From a virus: 64,000 bases of DNA. Where the stretch lies: IMG/VR virus record IMGVR_UViG_3300027706_000269, positions 1-64,000 of that record. The stretch is one strand, 5' to 3'. The stretch's first letter is position 1. The number at the start of each line of letters is the position of its first letter. Below, one piece after another: positions 8,605 through 18,105 of this stretch. The notes below the pieces were generated by a model that saw only the letters and a list, made by a program, of their open reading frames with translations, was not told where the DNA came from and ran no database searches. The position numbers and the translations under genes are program-made.

Positions 8605-9425
8605 TGGCCCTTCCCATCATCACCGCCGACCAACGTCTGCGCGAGAAGCAGGGCGTGAAGCTCGTGCTTCTGGGCAAGAGCGGCATCGGCAAGACCACCC
8701 AGCTCAAGACACTGCCCGAGGCCTCGACTCTGTTCGTCGATCTGGAGGCCGGCGACTTGGCCGTCAAGGACTGGCGCGGCGACTGCGTGCGTCCGACCAC
8801 CTGGCCGGAGTTCCGGGATCTGGTCGTATTCCTGGCCGGCCCCAACCCGGCATTGCCGCCCGAGGCGCCGTTCTCGGACGCGCACTACCGGCACGTGTGC
8901 GAGCGCTACGGCGACCCGGCGCAACTGGCCAAGTACGACACCTACTTCGTCGACAGCATCACTGTGCTGGCGCGGCTGGCGCTGATCTGGTCGAAGGCGC
9001 AGCCGCAGGCTGTGTCCGAGCGCACTGGCAAGCCGGACACGCGCGGCGCCTACGGACTGCTCGGTACCGAGATGCTGACCGCGCTCACCCACTTGCAGCA
9101 TGCCCGCGGCAAGCACGTCGTGTTCGTCGCGATTCTCGACGAGCGCATCGACGACTTCAACCGCAAGGTGTTCGTGCCCCAGATCGAGGGCGCCAAGACC
9201 GCTGCCGAACTGCCCGGCATCGTCGACGAGGTGGTGACGCTCGCCGAGATCAAGGCCGAGGACGGCAGCGCCTACCGCGCCTTCGTCACCCACACCCTGA
9301 ACCCCTACGGCTACCCGGCCAAGGACCGCTCCGGTCAGCTCGATGTGCTGGAGCCGCCCGACCTGCGCGCGCTGATCGAGAAGTGCGCCGCCGCCACCCA
9401 CATCCCGAACACCACCAAGGAATAA
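8604..9425 (+). CDS. Sak4-like AAA ATPase (ssDNA annealing)
   Basis: Walker A GKSGIGKT, FVDLEAG, FVDSIT and AKDRSG; followed by an SSB-like gene. Confidence 0.85.
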   Translation: MALPIITADQRLREKQGVKLVLLGKSGIGKTTQLKTLPEASTLFVDLEAGDLAVKDWRGDCVRPTTWPEFRDLVVFLAGPNPALPPEAPFSDAHYRHVCERYGDPAQLAKYDTYFVDSITVLARLALIWSKAQPQAVSERTGKPDTRGAYGLLGTEMLTALTHLQHARGKHVVFVAILDERIDDFNRKVFVPQIEGAKTAAELPGIVDEVVTLAEIKAEDGSAYRAFVTHTLNPYGYPAKDRSGQLDVLEPPDLRALIEKCAAATHIPNTTKE

Positions 9426-9428
9426 GCC

Positions 9429-10034
9429 ATGACCGCTTGGAACGACTTCAACGACGCCGAACAGCAGCAGACCTTCGACCTGATCCCCAAGGGCACGGTC
9501 GCCCGAGTCCGGATGACTATCAAGCCCGGCGGATACGACGACCCGGTGCAGGGCTGGACCGGTGGATACGCCACGCAGAGTTTCGAGACCGGCTCGGTCT
9601 ACCTGGCCTGCGAGTTCGTCGTGCTGGAGGGCGAGTACGCCCGCCGCAAGATGTGGAGCAATGTCGGCCTGCACAGCCCAAAGGGACCGGCTTGGGGGAA
9701 CATGGGGCGGAGCTTCGTCCGTGCCGCGCTGAACTCTGCGCGCAACATCCGCCCTCAGGACAGTTCGCCGCAGGCCGCCGCTGCCCGCCGCATCCAGGGC
9801 TTCCACGAGCTCGATGGCCTGGAGTTCGTTGCGCGCATTGACATCGAGAAGGACGGGCGCGGCGAACTGCGCAACGTCGTGAAGATGGCGGTCGAGCCCG
9901 ACCAGGCGGACTACGCCCAAGCGTTGGGCGCGGCGCCTGTACCCGCTGCGGTGACGCGTTCTGCATCTGCACCGGCGGCTCCCATGCAGGCAGTCCGCCC
10001 TGCCGTCCCTGGCAAGCCCGCCTGGGCGCAGTGA
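9429..10034 (+). CDS. Phage ssDNA-binding protein-like
   Basis: FDLIPKG, EFVVLEGEYARRK and a low-complexity tail ending KPAWAQ; Sak4-SSB synteny. Confidence 0.7.
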   Translation: MTAWNDFNDAEQQQTFDLIPKGTVARVRMTIKPGGYDDPVQGWTGGYATQSFETGSVYLACEFVVLEGEYARRKMWSNVGLHSPKGPAWGNMGRSFVRAALNSARNIRPQDSSPQAAAARRIQGFHELDGLEFVARIDIEKDGRGELRNVVKMAVEPDQADYAQALGAAPVPAAVTRSASAPAAPMQAVRPAVPGKPAWAQ

Positions 10035-10043
10035 GGGGGGCGG

Positions 10044-10553
10044 ATGAAATGCTGGGTCTGCAAACGACAGGCCCGGGGCTTCGGCCACACCGACAACCGG
10101 CACGGTGTCGGCGATCCCCGGCGCTACCCCATCGACTGGGTGTTCTGCTCGCGTCGCTGCCAGGAGGCGTTTCACGCGCTTTACGGCAACTGGCTGCGCG
10201 TGAAGGAAGGGGCGCGAAACGAGACGGAGGTCACCATGATCGATCCGTCTGACGTCGAGCTGGCCGCCATGCGCAAGTGCCTCAAGGCTTTCGGCGAAGC
10301 GGCAGGCGAGATCGGCTTTGCCAAGCCACTCGGTGAGTACGCGGAGGCAGAGGCGTTGCAGGTTATCGACGCCATCGTCACCTGCTACACGGAGGCGATG
10401 GTCGAGCACCATGAGGCGACCAAGTACCCCCCAGTGCGCGGAATGACGCCAACGCCCGACCCCATGAGGGCGGATGCGAGCCCATTCGCCGACATGGCCG
10501 ACGACCTGCCTTGGGAACATCCCGGGCAGCAGACCAAGGGGAAGAAGCCATGA
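10044..10553 (+). CDS. Conserved phage protein with CxxC/CxxxC motifs (DUF6511-like)
   Basis: CWVC...FCSRRC; homologue at 57976. Confidence 0.75.
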   Translation: MKCWVCKRQARGFGHTDNRHGVGDPRRYPIDWVFCSRRCQEAFHALYGNWLRVKEGARNETEVTMIDPSDVELAAMRKCLKAFGEAAGEIGFAKPLGEYAEAEALQVIDAIVTCYTEAMVEHHEATKYPPVRGMTPTPDPMRADASPFADMADDLPWEHPGQQTKGKKP

Positions 10554-11296
10554 TGGACTTCAACTCCTCGGCCAGTCTCTCTGGCCTTCTGACCGCGTTG
10601 ATCGATACCGGGATGCAGCGCGCCCGGGCAGCGCAGCCGCGACGCACCTATCTGGGCGCATCGCGCCTCGGGGCCGAGTGCGAGCGTGCATTGCAGTACG
10701 AGTACGCCGCGGCTCCGGTCGATGCCGGCCGCGACACTGACGGGCGCATCCTGCGCATCTTCGAGCGCGGTCACGTCATGGAAGACTGCGCGGTGACGTG
10801 GCTGCGTGCGGCGGGCTTCGATCTGCGCACACGCAAGGCCAACGGCGACCAGTTCGGCTTCACCGCCTTGGACGGCCGCCTGCAGGGGCACGTCGATGGC
10901 GTGATCGTGGCCGGTCCCGACTTGGGTCATGGCTTCGGGTATCCGGCGCTGTGGGAGAACAAGTGCCTGGGCTCGAAGTCATGGCGCGAGTTGGAGAAGT
11001 ACCGGCTCGCTGTCGCCAAGCCCGTGTATGCGGCCCAGGTGGCGCTGTACCAGGCCTACCTTGATCTGCACGAACACCCGGCGCTGTTCACCGCAGTCAA
11101 CGCAGACACGATGGAGATTTACGCCGAGCTGGTGCCCTTCGATGCGGCGCTCGCGCAGCGCATGTCGGACCGCGCGGTCAAGGTGATCACCGCGACTGAG
11201 GCCGGTGATCTGCTGCCGCGCTCGTTCTCCGAATCTACCCACTTTGAATGCCGGATGTGCCCGTGGCAGGACCGGTGCTGGAGGAGTCAGGCATGA
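10550..11296 (+). CDS. Cas4-like PD-(D/E)xK exonuclease
   Basis: YLGASRLG.ECER, GHVDG, WENKC, QVALY and CRMCPWQDRC (four Fe-S cysteines). Confidence 0.85.
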   Translation: MMDFNSSASLSGLLTALIDTGMQRARAAQPRRTYLGASRLGAECERALQYEYAAAPVDAGRDTDGRILRIFERGHVMEDCAVTWLRAAGFDLRTRKANGDQFGFTALDGRLQGHVDGVIVAGPDLGHGFGYPALWENKCLGSKSWRELEKYRLAVAKPVYAAQVALYQAYLDLHEHPALFTAVNADTMEIYAELVPFDAALAQRMSDRAVKVITATEAGDLLPRSFSESTHFECRMCPWQDRCWRSQA

Positions 11297-11544
11297 GCAC
11301 CAAGCCCGATGCCGTCATGGCCGTCGAACCGATGATCGACGCCAAGCAAGCGGCCGCGTCGCTGCGGCTTCCGTACTACTGGTTCGCCGACCCGGCGATG
11401 CGCAGCAAGTACCGCATTCCGCACTACCTCCTGGGCGGGCTCGTTCGGTACCGGCTGTCAGAACTGTCTGCATGGGCGGCTCACAGCACTGCTGCGCAGG
11501 GGCGTGATGCTTTGCGGCCAAGCAAAGCCGAGGGGGGCGAATGA
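11293..11544 (+). CDS. Small excisionase-like DNA-binding protein
   Basis: MIDAKQAAASL...IPHYLLGGLVRYRLSEL; homologue at 59231. Confidence 0.75.
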   Translation: MSTKPDAVMAVEPMIDAKQAAASLRLPYYWFADPAMRSKYRIPHYLLGGLVRYRLSELSAWAAHSTAAQGRDALRPSKAEGGE

Positions 11545-13823
11545 TCGACTTCAACGACGTTGCTCCCGCCCCGGAGCGCAGCCTCGATGCCGAGCGCGAT
11601 CAGATCCGCGCTGCCTTGTTGGCCCGGCTCGAATCGGTGCTGTTCACCCTGTTTCCTGCCGGCAAGAAGCGGCGAGGCAAGTTCCTGATCGGTGACGTGA
11701 TGGGCAGCCCCGGCGACAGCCTTGAAGTGGTGCTCGAAGGCGAAAAGGCCGGCTTGTGGACCGACCGTGCTACGGGCGACGGCGGTGACATGTTCGACGT
11801 GATCGCCCGCCATATCGGCTCGGACGTCCACGCCGACTTCCCGCGCGTGCTCGGTGTTGCCGCTGACCTGATCGGTCGCGCTCGGCCGGTTGCGCCGCGT
11901 CGGCCGAAGAAGGAGGCTCCGGTCGATGACCTTGGTCCGGCCACCGCCAAGTGGGACTACCTCGACGCCGCTGGCCGACTGATCGCGGTCGTCTACCGCT
12001 ACGACCCGCCCGGCCAGAGGAAGGAATTCCGTCCCTGGGACGCGCGCCGCCGCAAGATGGCCCCGCCCGAGCCGCGCCCCCTCTACAACCAGCCGGGTCT
12101 GACGACGGCAGCGCAGGTCGTGCTCGTCGAAGGCGAGAAGTGCGCGCAGGCGCTGATCGACGCTGGCATCGTGGCCACCACTGCCATGCACGGCGCCAAC
12201 GCGCCGGTGGACAAGACTGACTGGTCGCCGCTGGCCGGCAAGGCGGTACTTGTCTGGCCCGACCGCGACAAGCCGGGGTGGGAGTACGCGGTGCAAGCGG
12301 CTCAGGCCATCCTGTCCGCCGGCGCCAAGTCCTGCCACATCCTCTACCCACCTGAGGATGCCGCCGAGGGCTGGGACGCGGCCGACGCCATGTCCGAAGG
12401 CTTCGACGTGGCGGCCTTCCTGGCCCACGGCCCGCGTGTGCAGATGCACGACATCGCGGACCCCGGAGAGCCGGTGGTCGGTACTGACGAATCGGTATGG
12501 GGTACCGAAGACGCACTGGCGCTGGCCTTCACTCGTCGCTACCACCGTGACTGGCGCTACGTTGCCGCGTGGGGACGGTGGTTGGTGTGGGATGGTCAGC
12601 GCTGGCGCACCGAGGACACGCTGGCCGCGACTGATCTCATCCGCGGCGTCTGCCGGCATGCAGCCGTCCAGGCCGATAACCCCAAGGTGGCGGCCAAGCT
12701 GGCCACCTCTGGCACCGTTGGCGGCGTGGAACGGCTGGCTCGCGCGGATCGGCGACATGCCGCAACCACGGCCGAATGGGACGCCGATTCCTGGCTGCTC
12801 AACACGCCGGGCGGTGTTGTCGATCTCAAGACGGGTCGGCAGCGCCCGCACGACCGGGCAGACCGGATGACCAAGATCACCACTGCCACGCCGGCCGGCG
12901 ACTGCCCGACCTGGCGGCAGTTCATCGCCGAAGTGACTGGCGGCGATGCCGCGTTGCAGGCGTACATGCAGCGCATGGCGGGCTACGCGCTCACCGGATC
13001 GACGCAGGAGCACGCGCTGTTCTTTCTCTACGGGACCGGTGCGAATGGCAAATCTGTGTTCGTCAACACGTTGGCCACGATCCTGGGCGACTACGCGTCG
13101 AACGCGCCGATGGACACCTTCATGGAGACCCGTACCGATCGACATCCGACTGACATGGCTGGCCTACGCGGCGCGCGTTTCGTGGCAGCGATCGAGACGG
13201 AGCAAGGGCGGCGGTGGGCCGAATCCAAGGTCAAGAGCCTCACGGGCGGCGACAAGATCTCCGCGCGCTTCATGCGCCAAGACTTCTTCGAGTTCTTTCC
13301 GCAGTTCAAGCTCTTCGTCGCTGGCAACCATAAGCCGGCCATCCGCAACATCGACGAGGCGATGAAACGGCGGCTGCACTTGATCCCGTTCACGATCACC
13401 GTGCCGCCCGAGCGCCGGGATAAGCACTTGCAACAGAAGTTGCTGGCTGAGCGAGACGGCATCCTGGCCTGGGCGGTGCAGGGCTGCCTGGACTGGCAGC
13501 GCCTGGGTCGGCTCGATCCGCCGCAACAGGTGGTGGAAGCGACCGAAGAGTACTTCGAAGCCGAGGACGCGCTGGGCCGTTGGCTCGACGAGCGCTGCGT
13601 GCTCGACGCCAATTCCAAGTCACTGACCAGCGAACTCTTTGCCGACTGGAAGCAGTGGGCCGAGTCCGCCGGCGAGTTCGCCGGCTCCCAGAAGCGCTTT
13701 GCTGACCTGCTGCTCACCCGTGGCGTGGAGAAGTGGCGCAACACCGTGGGGCTGCGCGGCTTCCGAGGCGTGGGCCTCAAGCACCCGCCCGCGCCCGCCT
13801 ACACCCCCTACGCCGATCACTGA
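11541..13823 (+). CDS. P4-family primase-helicase (TOPRIM + D5-like SF3 helicase)
   Basis: VLVEGEKCA, WPDRDKPG, GWDAAD, GTGANGKS and AGNHKP. Confidence 0.93.
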   Translation: MIDFNDVAPAPERSLDAERDQIRAALLARLESVLFTLFPAGKKRRGKFLIGDVMGSPGDSLEVVLEGEKAGLWTDRATGDGGDMFDVIARHIGSDVHADFPRVLGVAADLIGRARPVAPRRPKKEAPVDDLGPATAKWDYLDAAGRLIAVVYRYDPPGQRKEFRPWDARRRKMAPPEPRPLYNQPGLTTAAQVVLVEGEKCAQALIDAGIVATTAMHGANAPVDKTDWSPLAGKAVLVWPDRDKPGWEYAVQAAQAILSAGAKSCHILYPPEDAAEGWDAADAMSEGFDVAAFLAHGPRVQMHDIADPGEPVVGTDESVWGTEDALALAFTRRYHRDWRYVAAWGRWLVWDGQRWRTEDTLAATDLIRGVCRHAAVQADNPKVAAKLATSGTVGGVERLARADRRHAATTAEWDADSWLLNTPGGVVDLKTGRQRPHDRADRMTKITTATPAGDCPTWRQFIAEVTGGDAALQAYMQRMAGYALTGSTQEHALFFLYGTGANGKSVFVNTLATILGDYASNAPMDTFMETRTDRHPTDMAGLRGARFVAAIETEQGRRWAESKVKSLTGGDKISARFMRQDFFEFFPQFKLFVAGNHKPAIRNIDEAMKRRLHLIPFTITVPPERRDKHLQQKLLAERDGILAWAVQGCLDWQRLGRLDPPQQVVEATEEYFEAEDALGRWLDERCVLDANSKSLTSELFADWKQWAESAGEFAGSQKRFADLLLTRGVEKWRNTVGLRGFRGVGLKHPPAPAYTPYADH

Positions 13824-13841
13824 CCGCCATGACCACCGATC

Positions 13842-13943
13842 GGACTGACGGATTTGACGGTCCACGTCGTAAGTTTTCCCGCGCGGGCGCGCGTACACGC
13901 GCCTCAAGCGGGTTTCGATGCGGTCTGTCCGATGTGTCAGTCC
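13842..13943. other. Putative replication origin of prophage A
   Basis: GGACTGAC...GTCAGTCC inverted arms flank an alternating purine/pyrimidine tract (13887-13902), directly after the primase. Same design at 61760-61860. Confidence 0.6.
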
Positions 13944-13962
13944 CCAAACAAGGACTGCATCC

Positions 13963-14439
13963 ATGAACCCGACTCTTTTGGCCCTCGACCTGGGCACCCG
14001 AACCGGCTGGGCGCTGCGCAGCAGTGACGGCCACATCACAAGTGGCAGCGAGAGCTTCCGCCCGCAACGATTCGAAGGCGGCGGGATGCGCTTCTTGCGC
14101 TTCAAGCGCTGGCTCACCGAAATCAAGTCTCAGGCGGACGGCATCGGCGCGCTGTACTTCGAGGAGGTTCGCCGCCATGCCTCGACAGACGCGGCGCATA
14201 CCTACGGTGGATTTCTTGCAACGCTGACCGCGTGGTGTGAGCACCACCAGATTCCGTACCAGGGCGTGCCTGTCGGCACCATCAAGAAGCACGCCACCGG
14301 CCGGGGTAACGCTGGCAAGGACCAGGTCATTATCGCTGTCCGTAGCCGAGGACATGCGCCGGTCGACGACAACGAAGCCGACGCACTGGCGCTGTTGCAT
14401 TGGGCGATTCAGGACCACGGCGTGGGGCAGGAGGTGTGA
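13963..14439 (+). CDS. RuvC-like Holliday junction resolvase
   Basis: LALDLGTRTGWA, YFEEVR, TIKKHATG.GNA.K and DNEADA. Confidence 0.82.
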   Translation: MNPTLLALDLGTRTGWALRSSDGHITSGSESFRPQRFEGGGMRFLRFKRWLTEIKSQADGIGALYFEEVRRHASTDAAHTYGGFLATLTAWCEHHQIPYQGVPVGTIKKHATGRGNAGKDQVIIAVRSRGHAPVDDNEADALALLHWAIQDHGVGQEV

Positions 14440-14440
14440 G

Positions 14441-14650
14441 ATGAAGATCCCGACTCCGCCCTACCGCTGTCCACTTGGCAGGCTCCAACCCGAGGCGACC
14501 GACCTCGAGTTGCTCAAGCAACGCGGCTGGCGCGATCAGCACATTCTGGTCATCAACGAAACCGACGAGCGGTTGGACTTCGTCGAGCGCGAGTTCGTGC
14601 GCCGCATCGGCGAACGTCTCTACGGCGCAGGAGGGCCGCGCCGTGGCTGA
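14441..14650 (+). CDS. Small hypothetical protein
   Basis: YRCPLGRLQPE is conserved at 62369. GGAGG RBS. Confidence 0.75.
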   Translation: MKIPTPPYRCPLGRLQPEATDLELLKQRGWRDQHILVINETDERLDFVEREFVRRIGERLYGAGGPRRG

Positions 14651-15059
14651 GTGGACCATCGAGGACGTGGCAGCTCGCTTCGAAGAGGCTGCCACCACCG
14701 GAAGACGCCTACCCCCGGTGCGGGTGCAGGGCTACTTCAACACCTGGCCGGTCTTCGTGCGACAGGAGTGGGAGGCGTTCGCCGCCGACGAGAAGGTCTA
14801 CCGGCCTTTCCCACCCAGCCCTGAGGCTGTCGATCGCATGCTGGAGACGATGCGCTGGGTGCAGTGGCTCGAGGTCGAGCAGCGCCACCTGGTGTGGATG
14901 CGGGCCAAGCGCTACGGCTGGCGAGACATCACGATCCGATTCGCGTGCGATAGGACGACGGCATGGCGGCGCTGGCAGAAGGCGCTGCAGATGGTGGCTG
15001 ACCGGCTCAATGGCGAGGGGGCACGGCTGCCGTCCAAAGCCGTGGGCAACGTCGGGTAA
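14643..15059 (+). CDS. Putative late-gene regulator (DUF6362-like, C-terminal HTH)
   Basis: WRDITIRFACDRTTAWRRW helix-turn-helix. Occupies the lambda Q position before the late promoter and cos. Confidence 0.72.
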   Translation: MAEWTIEDVAARFEEAATTGRRLPPVRVQGYFNTWPVFVRQEWEAFAADEKVYRPFPPSPEAVDRMLETMRWVQWLEVEQRHLVWMRAKRYGWRDITIRFACDRTTAWRRWQKALQMVADRLNGEGARLPSKAVGNVG

Positions 15060-15117
15060 CGACGATCGCCTGTGTCCTCGTGTTGCTGTCCTTGTCCATT
15101 TTCGAGATCGACCACGC

Positions 15118-15147
15118 TGCAACAAACCGGGGCTTCGTCGCTACTAT
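15118..15147 (+). promoter_or_regulatory. Putative late promoter
   Basis: TGCAACAAA...TACTAT, conserved as TGCAACAAA...TAGTAT at 63778-63808. Confidence 0.55.
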
Positions 15148-15201
15148 TTCAGCTATGTTCTGGACAGCAGTGGCGGTTGAGGCGGCGGCCCCAGGCGAAA
15201 G

Positions 15202-15300
15202 GGGTCCTTCCTCCCGAAGATGCCATGCGGGGGGCGCGAGCGCGGCATTCGCCTAGCGTCCGACTGCAAACCCAGGTTTGCAGGGGTTTGCAGGTTTGCA
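15202..15300 (+). other. cos site of prophage A (cosQ/cosN/cosB-like)
   Basis: GGGTCCT (identical to lambda cosQ), then ATGCGGGGGGCGCGAGCGCGGC, then TGCAAACC and three GGTTTGCA. Conserved in B; the terminase is lambda-type. Confidence 0.75.
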
Positions 15301-15343
15301 CCCCGACCCATCCAGCCCCGCCAGTGATCGCATCACTTGCCCG

Positions 15344-15372
15344 ACGCCTCCCTCGCGGAGGCGTTTCTATTT
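15344..15372 (+). terminator. Intrinsic terminator in the late leader (1)
   Basis: ACGCCTCC-N5-GGAGGCGT followed by TTCTATTT. Confidence 0.6.
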
Positions 15373-15375
15373 CCT

Positions 15376-15422
15376 CGGCCCGCGACCGGTTGGCTCCTTG
15401 CCGATCCGGGCCGTTTTCATTT
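15376..15422 (+). terminator. Possible terminator in the late leader (2)
   Basis: CGGCCCG...CGGGCCG followed by TTTTCATTT. Confidence 0.45.
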
Positions 15423-15440
15423 GAGGTTCCGATCCTGAAG

Positions 15441-16832
15441 ATGCTCAACGTCGACTACCGCAAGGTCGAGACGCTGATTCCGTACGCACGTAACCCGCGC
15501 ACGCATTCCGACGCGCAGGTGGCCAAGATCGCCGCGAGCATCGTCGAGTACGGCTGGACCAACCCGGTGCTGGTCGATGGCGACAACGGCGTCATCGCCG
15601 GGCATGGACGGCTCGCCGCCGCCCGAAAGCTCGGCCTCGAAGATGTGCCGGTGATCGAGCTGGGCCACTTGACGCCGGCGCAGAAGCGCGCCTACGTCAT
15701 CTCCGACAACCGCCTGGCCCTCGACGCTGGGTGGGATGAGGAACTGCTGGCGCTGGAGTTGGCTGAGCTGTCCGAGGCCGGCTACGACCTGGCGCTGACC
15801 GGATTCGACGAGTCCGAGATCGACGCGCTGCTCGCGCCCGAGCCGGCCGACGCCGAGTCGGACGCAGAATCGGAGGATGCGGCCGACGACGTGCCTGAGG
15901 CACCGGCCGTCCCGGTCTCCCGCACCGGTGACATCTGGGTACTCGGCAAGCACCGTCTCATCTGCGGTGATGCCACCGACGCGCAGGTGGTCGCCACGCT
16001 GATGCAAGGCGAGGCGGCCGCGTTGTGCTTCACCTCGCCGCCCTATGGCAACCAGCGCGATTACACCAGCGGCGGCATCGCCGACTGGGATGGTCTGATG
16101 CGCGGCGTGTTTGCCAGCCTGCCGATGGCCACAAGCGGCCAGGTGCTGGTCAACTTGGGTCTGATCCACCGCGACAACGAGGTCGTCCCGTACTGGGACG
16201 GCTGGCTCGCGTGGATGCGGACGCAGGGCTGGCGGCGCTTCGCCTGGTACGTGTGGGACCAGGGGCCCGGCATGCCGGGCGACTGGGCGGGCCGCTTCGC
16301 CCCGAGCTTTGAGTTCGTCTTCCACTTCAACCGAGCGAGCCGCAAGCCCAACAAGATCGTGCCCTGCAAGCACGCCGGCCAGGAGTCGCACCTGCGCGCC
16401 GATGGATCGTCGACCGCCATGCGCAGCAAGGATGGCGAGGTCGGAGGCTGGACCCATGCTGGCCAGCCGACGCAGGACACACGCATCCCCGACTCAGTGA
16501 TTCGCGTGATGCGCCACAAGGGCAAGATCGGCCAGGGGATCGACCACCCGGCCGTGTTCCCAGTGGCGCTGCCCGAGTTCGTCATCGAGGCGTACACGGA
16601 CCCCGGCGATCTCGTGTTCGAGCCGTTTGGTGGCAGCGGCACGACGATGCTGGCCGCCGAGCGCACCGGTCGGATCTGCCGCACCGTCGAGATCGCGCCC
16701 GAGTACGTGGACGTCGCCGTGCGCCGCTTCCGGCAAAACCATCCGGAGGTGCCGGTGACCCTGCTCGCGACCGGCCAGTCCTTCGAGGAGGTGGCGGCCC
16801 AGCGGCTGGCGCCGGAGGAGGTCGCGGCATGA
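15441..16832 (+). CDS. ParB-like domain + DNA methyltransferase (SPPY, likely N4-C)
   Basis: PYARNPRTH..IAGHGRL..SDNRL, FTSPPY, HPAVFP and FEPFGGSGTT. Confidence 0.9.
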   Translation: MLNVDYRKVETLIPYARNPRTHSDAQVAKIAASIVEYGWTNPVLVDGDNGVIAGHGRLAAARKLGLEDVPVIELGHLTPAQKRAYVISDNRLALDAGWDEELLALELAELSEAGYDLALTGFDESEIDALLAPEPADAESDAESEDAADDVPEAPAVPVSRTGDIWVLGKHRLICGDATDAQVVATLMQGEAAALCFTSPPYGNQRDYTSGGIADWDGLMRGVFASLPMATSGQVLVNLGLIHRDNEVVPYWDGWLAWMRTQGWRRFAWYVWDQGPGMPGDWAGRFAPSFEFVFHFNRASRKPNKIVPCKHAGQESHLRADGSSTAMRSKDGEVGGWTHAGQPTQDTRIPDSVIRVMRHKGKIGQGIDHPAVFPVALPEFVIEAYTDPGDLVFEPFGGSGTTMLAAERTGRICRTVEIAPEYVDVAVRRFRQNHPEVPVTLLATGQSFEEVAAQRLAPEEVAA

Positions 16833-18082
16833 CGGCGTCCTGGCTGGCCGACAAGATCGAGCAGTGGCCGACGGCCAAGTTGCTGCCGTATGCGCGCAAT
16901 GCGCGGACGCACTCGGACGCGCAGGTCGCCCAGATCGCCGCGTCCATCGCCGAGTTCGGCTTCACGAACCCCATCCTCGCCGGAAGCGACGGGGTGATCG
17001 TCGCCGGGCACGGGCGTCTCGCGGCTGCGCAGAAGCTCGGGTTGGAGGTGGTCCCGGTCGTGGTCCTGGATCACCTGAGCCCAACGCAGCGCCGGGCGCT
17101 GGTGATCGCCGACAACCGCATCGCCGAGAACGCGGGCTGGGACGAGGCGATGTTGCGCATCGAACTGGAGGCCCTGCAGAGCGAAGGCTTTGACCTGGAC
17201 ATCACGGGCTTCGACGCTGATGCCTTGGCCGAGCTGATGGCCGGCGACGAGCCCGACGCCGAGGGCCAGACCGATGACGACGCGGTGCCCGAGGTCACCG
17301 AAACAGCAGTCTCGCGCCCGGGCGACATCTGGTTGCTCGGACACCACCGCCTGCTCTGCGGCGATGCGACGGTCGCCAACAGCTACGAACACCTGCTGGC
17401 CGGCGAGTCAGTGGACATGGTCTTCACCGATCCTCCCTACAACGTCAACTACGCCAACAGCGCAAAGGACAAGATGCGCGGCAAGGATCGCGCGATCCTG
17501 AACGACAACCTGGGTGACGGCTTCTACGACTTCCTGCTCGCCGCGCTGACGCCGACCATCGCCCAGTGCCGTGGCGCGATCTACGTGGCGATGTCCTCCA
17601 GCGAGCTTGACGTGCTGCAGGCCGCGTTCCGCGCCGCGGGCGGCCACTGGTCGACCTTCATCATCTGGGCGAAGAACACCTTTACGCTGGGTCGCGCGGA
17701 CTACCAGCGCCAGTACGAACCGATCCTGTACGGCTGGCCGGAGGGGGCGCAGCGTCACTGGTGCGGCGACCGTGACCAGGGCGACGTGTGGAGCATCAAG
17801 AAGCCGCAGAAGAACGACCTGCACCCGACCATGAAGCCGGTCGAGCTGGTCGAGCGCGCGATTCGCAATTCGAGCCGCCCGGGCAACGTGGTCCTGGACC
17901 CGTTTGGTGGCTCGGGCACGACACTCATCGCCGCCGAGAAGTCAGGGCGGCAGGCGCGGCTGATCGAGCTCGACCCCAAGTACGTCGACGTGATCGTGCG
18001 CCGTTGGCAGGACTGGACAGGAAAGCAAGCCGCCCGTGAGGGGGACGGTTTGTTGTTCCCTTCGGTGACGGCTCTGGGATAA
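16829..18082 (+). CDS. ParB-like domain + DNA methyltransferase (DPPY, likely N6-A)
   Basis: PYARNARTH..VAGHGRL, FTDPPY, HPTMKP and LDPFGGSGTT. Confidence 0.92.
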   Translation: MTASWLADKIEQWPTAKLLPYARNARTHSDAQVAQIAASIAEFGFTNPILAGSDGVIVAGHGRLAAAQKLGLEVVPVVVLDHLSPTQRRALVIADNRIAENAGWDEAMLRIELEALQSEGFDLDITGFDADALAELMAGDEPDAEGQTDDDAVPEVTETAVSRPGDIWLLGHHRLLCGDATVANSYEHLLAGESVDMVFTDPPYNVNYANSAKDKMRGKDRAILNDNLGDGFYDFLLAALTPTIAQCRGAIYVAMSSSELDVLQAAFRAAGGHWSTFIIWAKNTFTLGRADYQRQYEPILYGWPEGAQRHWCGDRDQGDVWSIKKPQKNDLHPTMKPVELVERAIRNSSRPGNVVLDPFGGSGTTLIAAEKSGRQARLIELDPKYVDVIVRRWQDWTGKQAAREGDGLLFPSVTALG

Positions 18083-18105
18083 GCCTGGCAATGTGCCTAC
18101 AACGG

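Noticed and set aside
10550-11296. Cas4-like genes (also 58488-59234) as part of a CRISPR system
   Set aside because: No array and no cas1/cas2. They sit in a Sak4-SSB recombination module.
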